Shown piece by piece: positions 26,512 to 39,299 of a stretch of 64,000 bases of DNA. Each line of letters opens with the position of its first letter. Within the stretch, counting starts at the first letter, position 1. The notes beneath the pieces are model-generated. The model was not told where the DNA came from. It made no database searches and saw only the letters and a list, made by a program, of their open reading frames with translations. The position numbers and the translations under genes are program-made. This stretch comes from Octopus bimaculoides (Eukaryota), in the NCBI RefSeq assembly GCF_001194135.2, contig NC_068995.1, positions 34,585,646 to 34,649,645 of the forward strand. The letters run 5' to 3'.

Positions 26512-26513
<2 letters not shown>
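23577..26513 (-). mobile_element. Dong/R4-clade RLE non-LTR retrotransposon, both ends present, RT core deleted
   Basis: N-terminal Myb-like ...SKQINAVVMECHYLSNP...EQRICGQASEIRKNRWF; APGPDGVQGYWIK pre-RT motif; YKYL post-RT; CCHC knuckle CRICEQNGETVWHITSEC; RLE ILWDFMIQCDH...KPDMVLIE...IVGALG. Bounded by (TTA)n at 23544-23576 and 26514-26604. Confidence 0.9.

Positions 26514-26604
<91 letters not shown>
26514..26604. repeat. (TTA)n microsatellite (LINE target tract)
   Basis: Direct inspection. Confidence 0.95.
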
Positions 26605-26605
<1 letters not shown>

Positions 26606-27277
26606 CATCATCATCACTGATATCACTGATATCATTGTTAGGGCCTCAGATTCCTGTGCTATCAGAATAGTAATAGTATTGTAGTATTAGCAGCTGCAGC
26701 ATATTATCATTATTTTTATTTTTATCATTTTCACCCTCACCACCACTAACACTATTATTATCATTATTACTATTTCCATTCATTATTAAAAGATTTTGTT
26801 AAATGTTCTTTATTTTCAACTTTTGTCTTGTACTTGAGATAATCATAAATATGTGGTTGTTGAAAGAAATAGTTGGTGGTGGTGGGAGTAGCAGCTTGGT
26901 GAATAGATTAAATTCTACAGGTCTATAAATAGATTTGGCAGTTGGTGGAGAGGTCAGCCGTAGAGACAAAAGAATCCTTGCACCCTTTGGGTCAGCAGAG
27001 ATCAAATGTGTTTACTATACCAGCGACCACTAAGGGCGCTGACCTTGCCCTTGAGAAGAAGCAATNNNNNNNNNNGACCACTAAGGGCGCTGACCTTGCC
27101 CTTGAGAAGAAGCAATTCAACCTGTTCTATTTGTAATTACTGGTAGAGAAAACAATTAATACTATTATTATTATTATTATTATTAGTAGTAGTAGTAGTA
27201 ATAGTAGAGGTAGTAGCAATAGCGACAGTTGTGTCGTAATTTAAGAAGTCATTTCGTTTTTTCTTTCACTATTTCAG

Positions 27278-27580
27278 ATATTCGTAGGCTTAGTCCCGAC
27301 ATTGCTAATCCCACATTGGTCCCCATGTGGGCGGGAATCATAATACAGCTTGTGTGGAATTCGAATACTTCAGCCTATTATATTAATAATACCTGCATCG
27401 TTTTAGAAGGCTTCTACGGAGTCGCTTTGACTTCAAGATATAGTAGACAAATATCCCTTAAATTTGATCATATTGTCTTAGATGATAAGGAAAAAAACAG
27501 GGCGATGTGTCCTCGACACCACATTCACGTCCGGAAAATCTTTGGCCACGAACGAGTCTGTTCGATCGTGCTTAACCTTG
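27278..27580 (+). pseudogene. Degenerate Ig V-set-like exon
   Basis: Good acceptor TTTTTTCTTTCACTATTTCAG (AG 27276-77), phase 1. Reads IIIQLVWNSN...RQISLKFDHIVLDDKEKNR. Two substitutions plus restoring one base at about 27502 give D-x-G-x-Y-x-C-DVSS. Confidence 0.4.
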
Positions 27581-27996
27581 GCTTAAACAAAAACTACGCA
27601 GATTCATTTCAAACTCTCCGTTATAACATTAACAAGTTTTTTTTTTCTTTTAAACAATTACGCAGTTTGCATATAATGATCAAAGATATTTGCAGAGAAA
27701 CTAGTCACATAGAACTGGACAAAATATTGATTCTTCATCGTCTCCTATTTTTTCCTTTCTTGCTAATACGTCATGATTTTGTTGTATAATCGACAATACA
27801 GTTTTTCAATAATTTCACAAACACTTGTCTAGTTTATATTTCACAGCGCTAAATGCTAATTTGTATTTGTATTAGAGCAATATGAACTGTAAACAAAGAG
27901 AAGGCAGTAAATACGTGTTACTGTCTCTTTTGTCTTGTTTTAAATAATTTCTTGCAATGCAGCGATATCATGTTTATAATAACAATGGTTTCAAGA

Positions 27997-28019
27997 TTTT
28001 GCACAAGGCCAGCAATGTC

Positions 28020-28058
<39 letters not shown>

Positions 28059-28390
28059 AGGAGATAAGTTGTTTACATTGACCCCTGTGTTCAAATGGTA
28101 CTTATTTTATCGACCCCAAAATTATGAAAGGCAAAGTTACCCGCGGCGGCATTTGAACTCAGAAGCGCTTTACCCAGCGTATTAACGGTTCTGCCAGTTC
28201 GTTGCCTTAATAATAATAATAATTTGAGGGACGAATCGACTACATGAAATCCAGTGCTCAACTAGTAACCATTTTATCGATCCCTGAGAGGATGTAAGGC
28301 AAAGCCAACCTCGGTGACATTTGAATTCAGAACGTAAACCCAGAATAAATGCTGCTATGCATCTTGTCCAACATTGTAACGTTTCTGCCG
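27997..28390 (-). mobile_element. Two tandem SINE family A copies (27997-28208, 28222-28390)
   Basis: Both show TTCTGCCA head ends and TTTATCGA central motifs. Confidence 0.75.
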
Positions 28391-29859
28391 ATAATAATAC
28401 ATTTTGTTCTGTATTTATCGGAAAGTCTTCTGCATACATAGCATAGGATTAGCATTAGAACAGGGTGTTAAAAAATATGTGATACAATATATCGATAGCA
28501 AATTTGATATAAGTCAAAGCATGGAATATATATAAGTTTATAAAAAATATGCAATAATCTAAATGAGTTACAATTTAACAAATAAAAAACAAAAATTTTA
28601 TTAACCACCGAAACACGGGTAAATGTTTTCACTTCGATCAGGCCATTCAATCAATTCTGATTAATTTCCTCAGCAATAATTTTTCCTTTCTTGTAGTCAA
28701 CTGTCTCTTTCCAAAAAAATGTCCACGAACAATTCTGGAGTTGGGAGACCAAAAAGCGGTCAATATAAATTATTCATTTGATTCTTCGAAGGATCTTTTT
28801 TTAATTTCATATCTTTTGCAAACTCCACGTTATCGAAGCTCATTTCAGCCGCAATCTACATTAAATTTATATCGCGATAACCAAGCTAATCCTTTAAATC
28901 TGTTAGCGATAATGGACACTAACACAAATAAACATAATTTATTTAAAATTTCGAATTATTCTGATGTAGGAAATGGCTCGTCATTTTAATAGTAAAACTA
29001 TGGCGGTGGCGGTTGCGGTGATGTGTTGTTATTTGACTTCTTCCTTGCTTTTAACACCTGCTGCTGTTGTCGCCATTGCTGTTCTTGTCGTTGTTTTTGT
29101 TGTCACTGTTACTTCTCGAACTTAGTGAATACCCGTTTTCCTTTGTAACACTGTAGTTACATTGGTACATGGATACTCCATCTGATCTACAGATATATTA
29201 AAGCCAGCAAACAGAATGGTAAAGAAAGAACAGAAAGGGACAGAACATAAAATAAAAGACCTGCTAATAATTACGGAAATAAATAACGAAACGACACAAA
29301 TTAAAAAAAATGAAAAACAAAAACAAAACAGAAGAGACAAACACTGGAGAAATAAAGCATGGAAACAGAAGTATCCAAAATCAAAAATTACCTGAAGCAA
29401 GAGTTCCTCACTAAATCATAAAATATCCATCGATAACAAAACTGGCAGAGATTCTTTGAACGAAACAAAATATTTCAACTCCAACCCAAAATGATTTTAT
29501 CTAGAACCTGACAAAAAAACAAAACAAAAACAAACAAACAAGTGATTATGCAAAGAAGTAGAAGAATTCTGGGGAGGGGATATTGGTGAAGAAAGAATCA
29601 CCAGAGATACAATTGTTTAAAACAATGTACACAGTATCTGAGCATAATGCGAAGTCGTAACAACTCTTGAAGTTGTTCAGATATTTCTAAAAAAAAAAAA
29701 GCATAAATAAATGAATAAATAAGTAAAAGTACAAGAGACATGTAAATAACTAAAAGATATATTTAGCAGTGACATATAAGGAGCTTGTAAATTTGTTGAA
29801 TAGGATTCTGTTGGAATCTTTTTGCCCACCGCTTAAGAGAATTAGTGGTGGGTAAAAGC

Positions 29860-30620
29860 AATGCTGTACAACTCCCTTCTACAGCATTGTACCACTGGTA
29901 GAGTCCTGTGAGCACTTGGCATCATTTCAGATGTCCAGTGCCTTGTGTCGGTCTTTGTTTGAACCAGACATTCAGATATAAAAAAAAACAAATTGGGGAA
30001 AAACCCTTCTGACAAACGGCCACCTCACTTGTTCACCATCATAGAATCGCTGGAGATGTTCCAGTCTCAAAGCATGCCTGCCTAATCCTTCATTCAGAGG
30101 TTCACGGCAGCAAATCGATTACCTACCCAGTCACACACATCCTTTTCGCAATAGACAGAAGAGTAGACGCTCCATACCGGCCAGACATGAACTGGGACAA
30201 AGCACAGCGGTGAGGGTGTGTTAAGTGAAGTAGGCGTTCGGTCAGAGATAGTGGCGGAGGTGTGACAGGACCTTCACAATATTACTGATGATATAAGTGT
30301 GGTGGAAGCAGTTGCTGTTACCGCTGCTTGCGATGGTTATTGAGGTTGTATTTGTGTTACAGATATAACAAGCATTTGGGATAGATGACACCACAGCACA
30401 TATAACTGCATAGGGCAGCTGATCCACAGGGCAGATGACTCTTTAGTGGTTTGTGTTGTCACGTTTGAGACACTTGCCTTCTATCATAATGCAAACTTGC
30501 ATCTCCTTAATGCAGAGATCGTCACCGAGTGGGCAAGTATTTTCAATTGTTATCCGTGAAGCGGTGAGCCCGATCAGATCGTCTTTAATGGGAATCCGTT
30601 GTCGGCGACTTAGCTACATA
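29860..30620 (-). pseudogene. Degenerate Cys-rich coding remnant, Lustrin-cysteine/Kunitz-like
   Basis: GC-richer island. Minus frames give TCPLGDDLCIKEMQVCIMIEGKC, ALCSYMCC, a Pro/Thr linker, LCPSSC...SICCREPLNEGLG...LQRFYD, and PTQGTG...YQWYNAVEGSC. Many stops and frameshifts. Confidence 0.4.
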
Positions 30621-31908
30621 TGAGATTTCTTCTATCATTTTTCAACGGCTCTTCATTTGAATAAGATATTAAATCTTGCCTTACGATATTCCCGATGTAC
30701 ATCGATCGTTTTGTGTGTCTTTTTAAGGACCCTATTATTTAAGAAAACAATAACACTATGACAATTATAAAAAAAGGAATTCTTAATTTCTTTTCTCGAA
30801 GAACAACTATAATAACTATTTCCAATATAGTTACTCGGTTACAGTTTCGCTAAATAATTGTTTGTCGATTAAATCGACATCACTATATAATTGGAACTTT
30901 ATCGGCAAAGAAAGAATGGATGTCAAAGTCGACCTCAGCAGGAGTCAGAACAAATACCGGCAGGTATCATCCACCTTCATTAGAGCAGCAAAAATGATGA
31001 TACACAACAGTATACGACAAAACTCTAAGCACATAAATGTGTCTTAAGTAACTAAAAAAAAATAGTGTCTCTCAAAGAAAAGAGTTTTTCGAACCATAAT
31101 TTGCTATGAGTTTCTTAGCAACATTCCATCTGACCAGTTTGTATCAGAAAACAGAAGGTTAAACCAGCCATCGCCGTGTATTTTTCTCGTTTTCGCTTAT
31201 CGTTCGTAAAATGTATATAGTAGGGTGGTGTTGTGTTTGTAACAGTTTATTGGTTCGTATTTTCGCAAGAGGTTAAGAGAGAAATAAGATGAAGACTTGA
31301 ATCTTAGTCTGTTCTAGTTTGTCCGCCATACTACTCCAGTCATTGCATGCACTAATCACAAAAGATATGTCTTGTTTATTCTATGGCGATCGATTTAAGG
31401 CGAACAGTTCCAAACTGGTCTTTGATGCTTTACATATTTCGCTCACTACCTCACTGTTCAAACTTCACATCACACTTATATCGATTTGGTCTATTCAACT
31501 ATGGAGAACCATTCAGACGTGTACCAGTAATACAGTGTTTAGTTCGTATTTAATCGAAAGAAATCGATATAATCTGTGTTAATTCTGTTTGTATTGTGGA
31601 AGTTTTCTTTCTCTGCTTTGCTGGTGATGTTTTTAGATGGTGACTTTCTTGCTGTTATTAATGAAATGACTGTAGCAGTCCGTTGAACTGCGTACAGAAA
31701 TTACTTGTGACATGTATAGTTACGCCCCTTTTCTCCTTTCATCCCTGCAAAACTAAAAATTATGTATTACTGAGTACTGGGGTAGTCAAACAACTAAACC
31801 TAACTTCCAATTTTGAGGTATTTGGTATATTTTTGAAACGGTTGATGTTAATTTGATTTTTTGGTTTATTTTTTGGTTGAATCTATTATTGTTGAAGATA
31901 TACTTCAA

Positions 31909-31974
<66 letters not shown>
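31909..31974. repeat. (TAC)n microsatellite
   Basis: Direct inspection. Confidence 0.95.
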
Positions 31975-31975
<1 letters not shown>

Positions 31976-31979
31976 TCTA

Positions 31980-32300
31980 AAGGAAGTGTTGCAGCGCAGC
32001 CGTGACTGATTCACATGGAACACTTGGACGTAGAGCTTGTGTACTGTGGGGGATGCAGAGGGATACCGTAATGGCTCACACGCCTGTTTCTCATTGGTCT
32101 GTGCTGCCAGAAATGATTTACATACAACAAGTGGAGCTGTCACTAATTTGCTAATTTGAAGTGCCATAACACCCGGGATTTGGTATTGTTGCTGTGTATT
32201 GTAATAACGTTTGGGTTTAAGAATCCACAATAAAGCAATGGTTGACCGACCCAATAGGTGCAGAGACACTTATGGTAGTGATGCGTTTGAAGGTAAAGAA
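31980..32300 (-). pseudogene. Degenerate Kunitz-like remnant
   Basis: PKRYYNTQQQ (32215-32186) then, after a frameshift, GCYGTSN (32174-32154); upstream CTYWVGQPLLYCG. Confidence 0.35.
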
Positions 32301-34071
32301 TCAAAAGTGTTTGGAGTGTCTGAGAGTCGGTTGTGGAAATAACAGATAAAACTAGTCTATGTAGAGAGTTTAAGAGCTACTCAAGTTTCAGGTTCTGCTA
32401 ATAAGAGAGTTACTACTTCTACATTGATTAAATGTTTGTTCAACTTTGGAATAGTTTCACGTAACCCGTAGTCATTTATAAGACTACAACATCAGTGACT
32501 TGGAAGAATGTAACTCTTGAAAACCATGGGGGAAAATAAACAAGCAAGTCAAATATCGCTACCGGAGAAGTAGTTGATATCGTTGGTGCAATACGACAAT
32601 TTAGAAGTCTGGAATAATTTGACATTTATTTCACCACTACTACAGATACAGCCATGTATTTATTGGAATTATTTCAGGAGACAAAATGTCTTACATGTTC
32701 CACCATATTTTTGTTGGAATTACTTCAGTAACATAAGATACTATATATATATATATATATATATATATCACTTTCCATTCTAACTGGCAAGCAAATCAAG
32801 TGACGCTCTTCTTAGTATACACCATAAGTAGATCAGCAAATTAATACAAAGCCAGATATTCCTTACCACAAAAAAAGCAAAATAACATATATCAGCAATT
32901 TTGTGTTCAGCTGAGGTAATATTTACACACCTCTTCACATAAAATTACATGCTATCTGGTATGCCAACGTATATAGTTAAATGTGAAATACAGAAATTGC
33001 AGGTGTATATTAGTCTATCTATAATAGCAAATGCACGTTGTGAATTCATGCCAGAAAATCTAGACCAGCTCTTAAGAAATTTGGTAAAGATTAGGATTTT
33101 TCACGAGCAACACGAAATCAATTTGTGTAAAATTCTTTGAAAACGGGAGCCTGCATCTCCTTGTCAATGTTTGATACTTGTCATAATTTGAATGCGAATC
33201 ATCTATTTGTTTCGGGCCTCATTTTTGTTTGGTGGTATTCATTTCCTCATTTCATTATGAATGAAACAGACGTGACAATTTTTACGAGAGATTAAACTAT
33301 TCTCCAAATCGTTAGCGTTAATAATGTGATCATTTTACGCTGTGTTGTCAAGTTCATTCATTTACATTTGGAGGGCTAAGCTTACAGCTAATATCCATAT
33401 ATCTTTGTGAAGATATTTCTATTCATTAAGTTAACAATAAAATATGGAGATGTATTTACGCTTATTTCTGCACATCGATCTGAATATTCGTTTGTTAGCA
33501 CGTTTTAAGAGCCTACATGCATGTAAATATATATATGAACACAGACAGCAGCGCATATAGTAACTGAAGCGCATAAATTGTAGAACATAAAATCAGTGAA
33601 GTGTATAGTTTAGAATTAACTATAATAATGGGCATATATGTCAGTTTTATATATTTATATTTGAAATATATTTGTGAGATAGTGTATGTGTGTATATATT
33701 TATAAATATGTGTGTTTATTTATATTTGTAAGCATTGGGACTAGACATATGATGACTATAGGACATATTCTAATTCGACCAGTGGATGCATCTTTTTATT
33801 GTGAATACAGGGCGTATAATAGAGATCAGCTGGTAAATTCGTAAATGAACCAGGATTAGAGACGATCAAAGAAAAAAGTCCATAACTATTTGCCAAGAAA
33901 CTTACCTTCGAAAAAAAGCAAAAAAAAAAAAAACAGAAAAATACCCAAGAACAAAGCAAAAAGCGGCACACTTTAAATTGTAGAAGTTCTTCCCTCTCAA
34001 TTCTCAATTCTCAAAACTAGCGTTGTTCCGCATTGCAAAATCCCTCTTTCTCTTGGAGGGTATACAATATA

Positions 34072-35250
34072 TCAGGTCATCCCATAAGTTCTGTCCGATT
34101 TTACCTTTTTTTAAAATGAATGAAATTTAATAGTATTTTAGAATGTCTAATGGAATTAAAAATTATTTTTATGCATTTGTGTATATTTAAACTAATTAAA
34201 ATATTATTTTACAGAATAATAGAAAATTTCTTTGATTAAAACCCTTTCTAACATGGAAATATCCAAATAACATCTGAGGCACATAATGCTTTAAGAGTAC
34301 AAAAAAGGAAACTCTGCAGCCGAAGCGACTCGAAACATACACTTAGTTTATGGGAAAGAATGCTTGAATGAAAGAACTTGCAGAAGATGGTTTGTAAAAT
34401 TTAGAAGAGGAGATTGCAACCTTGAAGATGAAGTTCGAATAGGACGTCCAGTTGAGTTTGATGATAAGCTCCTTGAGGCATTACTTGAAGAAAAATTGGC
34501 AATAAAGCTTAGTTCAAACCATACAACTGTTCATCGTCATCTTGGAAAGGTTCCTAAACTTGGAAAATGAGTGTCTCATGAATTATCCGAAAGCAACCGC
34601 AAATCCCGAGTTGACATCTGCTCTTCTCTCCATTCTCGCGAACTCATTTCACCCTTTTTGGATAGACGTGACTGGTGACGAAAAATAAATCTTCTATAGA
34701 AATGTTAAACGTCGTAAACAGTTGTTTGGTAAAAGGGAAAAAGCTCAACCACAACCTAGAAGGGAACATCATGGGGAAAAAGGTTCTTCTCTCTATCTGG
34801 TGGGATTGCAAAGGAGTAATTCACTTTGAATTGTTACCACCTAATGCAAAAATCAATGCTCAAGTCTACTGTCAGCAATTAAAGCGTTTGAACCAAGCTT
34901 TGAAGGCAAAGATCACATCATAGAAGATCGAAGAGCTTGGTTGGGAAAAAATTCCTCATCCACCTTATTCTCCCGACCTTGCTCCTTCAGACTACCATTT
35001 GTTTCGTAATTTACAGAATCATTTGGGGGACATAACTTTCGCAAGCAAGGAGGAGGTCGAAACTGACGTTTCAGAGTTCTTCGCTTTGAAACCAAAAGAG
35101 TTTTACATTGATGGGATTAAAAAGCTTGTATGGAAGGAAGTCATAGATAATCAGTGAAAGTACATTGATGATTAAATTTCAATTAAATATAACATTTGAT
35201 CACTTGTTTTCTTTATTCAAACTTCGGATAGAACTTATGGGATGACCTGA
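34072..35250 (+). mobile_element. mariner DNA transposon (second subfamily, SETMAR/Mos1-like), full length with internal deletions
   Basis: TIRs TCAGGTCATCCCATAAGTTCTGTCCGA (34072) and TCGGATAGAACTTATGGGATGACCTGA (35224-35250), TA flanks. HLRHIML, RGDCNLEDE..GRP, VTGDEK, KVLLSIWWD, HPPYSPDLAPSDYHLF. Confidence 0.95.
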
Positions 35251-35292
35251 TACATCCATGTATATATATATTTGTATATGTTTGTGTCTATG

Positions 35293-35311
35293 GTAGTAGT
35301 AGTAGTAGTAT

Positions 35312-35380
<69 letters not shown>
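35293..35380. repeat. (TAG)n microsatellite
   Basis: Direct inspection. Confidence 0.95.
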
Positions 35381-35988
35381 ATGATATGGTTTTATGAACC
35401 GTGAAACTGGCAAGATAGCGGATGTATGAAATAACAAAGTATAGTTGGGGTGCTAGCTTATGACTAGAAAGTGAAGTTATAGAAACAACTGCACTGGTTT
35501 ACATTAACGTTCAGAGCTGTTTATATTCCAAAATCTTCTTTGCTGTAGAGCAAAGAGAATTGATCGGGGTGGGGTGGGNNNNNNNNNNNNNNNNNNNNNN
35601 NNNNNNNNNNNNNNNNNNNNNNNNNNNNNNNNNNNNNNNNNNNNNNNNNNNNNNNNNNNNNNNNNNNNNNNNNNNNNNNNNNNNNNNNNNNNNNNNNNNN
35701 NNNNNNNNNNNNNNNNNNNNNNNNNNNNNNNNNNNNNNNNNNNNNNNNNNNNNNNNNNNNNNNNNNNNNNNNNNNNNNNNNNNNNNNNNNNNNNNNNNNN
35801 NNNNNNNNNNNNNNNNNNNNNNNNNNNNNNNNNNNNNNNNNNNNNNNNNNNNNNNNNNNNNNNNNNNNNNNNNNNNNNNNNNNNNNNNNNNNNNNNNNNN
35901 NNNNNNNNNNNNNNNNNNNNNNNNNNNNNNNNNNNNNNNNNNNNNNNNNNNNNNNNNNNNNNNNNNNNNNNNNNNNNNNNNNNNNNNN

Positions 35989-36030
<42 letters not shown>

Positions 36031-36424
36031 TGCAGTGTCTTTTATTTGTCTAATGTTAGATTTAATGTGGTGATATTGATGACTCTTAATGATCCTGGCA
36101 TTTTGGTGGTTATATTTGTAATCGTGATTTTCCTGGTGGTAATACTGATATTACCGAAAGTAACCGTGTAGAATTACTTAACTGGCGGCGACTTAATTAC
36201 AAAATTATCAATAACCGGATTTTACATTCTGTTTGATGATACGTTATGGTACTTATGCTGTTTGTGTTCAAATCGTCCAACGTTGTCGGTGACCAGGTCG
36301 CAGTTTTGAGTGATCAAAATTTTGTCATCACATTATAGACAATAAATGTTTGTAATATGCACCTTCCTTACAGGCAAATTTCTCATACTTTAAGATGGAA
36401 GAGAACATATCTATCTATCATAGG

Positions 36425-36625
36425 CACTGGTGTGGCTGTGGGCTGTGTGGTAAGAAGCTTGCTTCCCAACCACATGGTTCCGGGTTCAGTCCCGCTGCGT
36501 GGCACTTTGGGTAAGTGTCTTCTACTATAGTCTCGGGTCGACCAAAGATTTATGAGTGGATTTGGTNNNNNNNNNNCTCCAGCATGGCCACAGTCAAATG
36601 ACTGAAACAGGTAAAAGTAAAATTA
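36425..36625 (+). mobile_element. SINE family B, interrupted by a 10-N gap
   Basis: GGCTGTGTGGTAAGAAGCTTGCTTCCCAACCACATGGTTCCGGGTTCAGTCCC head (A and B boxes). Confidence 0.85.
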
Positions 36626-37247
36626 TCTATATGTCTGTCTGTCTGTCTATCTATGTATGTATGTATGTATCTGTCTATCCATCTATCTACGTATGTATGC
36701 ATAGATATTGTTTGTGGTGACGATATGCACAATAGTCTTAGCTTCTGTATTGTTACCGTTGCTTAAACCCAGAGAAATTCTGATGAAGAAAACCTCTGGT
36801 CAGAAAATGTTCCTGTCCCTTTTTATTTTGCAGTGCGTTTTAGAGCACATTGTTGGCTGCATAACTTTCACCTAAATAGAATTTTTCTGCTATCTCGAGG
36901 AAATAAGATAACTCACACAGGTTTTGTTATTGTATATAGATCTCGTCGGTGAGTTGGTGTCGAGGTTGGTATGGCTTAGCTACCGTTGGTGTTGACATTA
37001 ATATTAGTACCAGTGATAAGAATACTGATAAGAATAATTGCACAAGATAGTTTGTACAAGTATTGGTGATGGTGATACCAATACCTAGAGAGAAACTTAA
37101 CTTCATATTTATCTATCACTCGAGACAATTTGTTGTGACAAATATTTAGTATATACTTAGACTTTCCTTTACTTTCTTGCACAACATTTACAAATATGTT
37201 TGTATCCTCTTTTTCGTATGGTTATATTTATTTATGCACCCAACCTC

Positions 37248-37358
<111 letters not shown>

Positions 37359-38002
37359 AACAAACACATATTCACAGACGCATATATAGCCGATAAGTTC
37401 GTGTGGAGAAAGGCATACTGCCTAAGTCAAATATACCAGAGACGCATACCAATGATTTATCTGACAGAACAGTTAACGGTCTTCTCTCTCACTCCCCACC
37501 TCTGTCTGTCTGTCTGTTTGTCTGTCTCTCTGTTTGTCTGCCTCTCTTTCTGTGTGCGTGTGCATGTGTACAATAAAATCTTCTCGTGTACTCATATGTG
37601 AACAAACACATGCACAACTGCTTGAACTATGTAAGATATTGCTTCCCCCTTAAGCCCTCCCCTCTCTCCCTCTGTCTCTCTTTTCCATTATCTTTACATT
37701 TTCTCTTCTATTCATACATTTCTTGGAGATAAAAATCTCAAGGAAATCAAACAAAATAGACTAAAAAAAACATTAGAACTAAGCATAGCACAACCACAAA
37801 ACAAACAAAACACAAAACTGCCAAGCCTACATTTGAAAGCATTATAAAATTCACTGATTTGTAGGGAGTGGGGTAATACAAAATGATTTATGATCAAACA
37901 AAAACCTAACACGAAATTGATTATTTTTGCTTCTTCATAGACTCTATATTCATAGAGTATATATTCATATACTGTATATTCCTCGATATTGTAAACAACA
38001 CC

Positions 38003-38200
38003 AAGACGGTGAGTTGGCACAATCGTTAGCACGCCGGGCAAATGCTTAGCAAAATTTCGTCTGCCTTTACGTTCTGAGTTTAAATTCCATCGGGGTCGGC
38101 TTTAATCCTTTAATCCTTTCAGAGCGATAAAATATGTATCAGTAATCGACTTACACCCTCCCTCGATTTCGCTGGCTTTGTAGCAAAATTTGAAACTAAT
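38003..38200 (+). mobile_element. SINE family A
   Basis: AAGACGGTGAGTTGGCACAATCGTTAGCACGCCGGGC head. Confidence 0.8.
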
Positions 38201-39299
38201 ATTTTAAACAGCTGTGAACTTAGTGGAGACTGTAGAAGTGTTTTTAAAAAGTGGTCATTTTGGTCAAAGGAAATTTTCAGTCTTGAGAACATATATTCAC
38301 CAACAGACCTAGATTTTAAAAACATCTTTCTGTACAAAATGGAATATATTTATGTGTTATACTGAAGGGAATTGGGTGCTATTGCCACAAGCTTTCTATC
38401 AACAGTCAAGATTCCATTTTAATTCAAGAAAATTGCAGTCATTACCATATTATTTTCCTACATACCTTATTTTTTTTTAACGGTTAAGGAACGAACAGGC
38501 ATTTATATTAAATTTAAAAACCTTTAGGCTTTCTATTGACATCCTCAGCTTTTCTGTACAACGAGAATATGACACAAACAAATAACCGTGGAAAGTTCTA
38601 TGAATTTTATTTGTATAAATTTCATTGAGGTGGTCTTACTCTCTGCAACTACACTAATAGAATTTTATCCAAATATCATAAAACTTATAACAGATTTATT
38701 ACAGAATGTAATCCACTTGGAAATTTGGAAAATATCTAATTAGTATATTTGAAATTTAAAGACAATTAGTTAATTTTAATATTTATTTTGAAATTAAACG
38801 ACTTGTTCTAAAAGATACAACTTAACACGTGTAAGCACCACACGAAGTGTGTACGGCGTGCTGTTTACTGAACTTTGGAAGTGAAATGGCTGAGATTACT
38901 CTTATTTGGAAAGCCTTCACGTTTGGAGCTGAATATTCTTTTATTGAAAACTGTATTTGTAAGAGTTTAGTATGCAATACACTAAACATTACATAGTCGA
39001 TAAGTTTATAAAGTGAAAAACTTTGTGATAAATGAAATACCTGAAGTGTTTGATTGTCAATTTGAGTACTTAGTTTTCAACATACATGGACACAGGATTT
39101 AAAATGATATAGTGTAGAAAAAGGAGGTATTTTAGCTAAATTACATTTCGTGCCAAGTTTCAATTTATTTTCAGAGAATTTAAAAACATACTAGCTCCGG
39201 GACGAGTTGCACAATACAATGCTGTCTTCCATCAAACGAAATCTACTGTTAGGGTTTTTAAAATTGCAGTTATGTTTGTAAATGTCTAATGTATTTTAA

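Noticed and set aside
29859-29889. Perfect 10-bp inverted repeat with an 11-nt loop
   Set aside because: A few are expected by chance in 64 kb of AT-rich DNA
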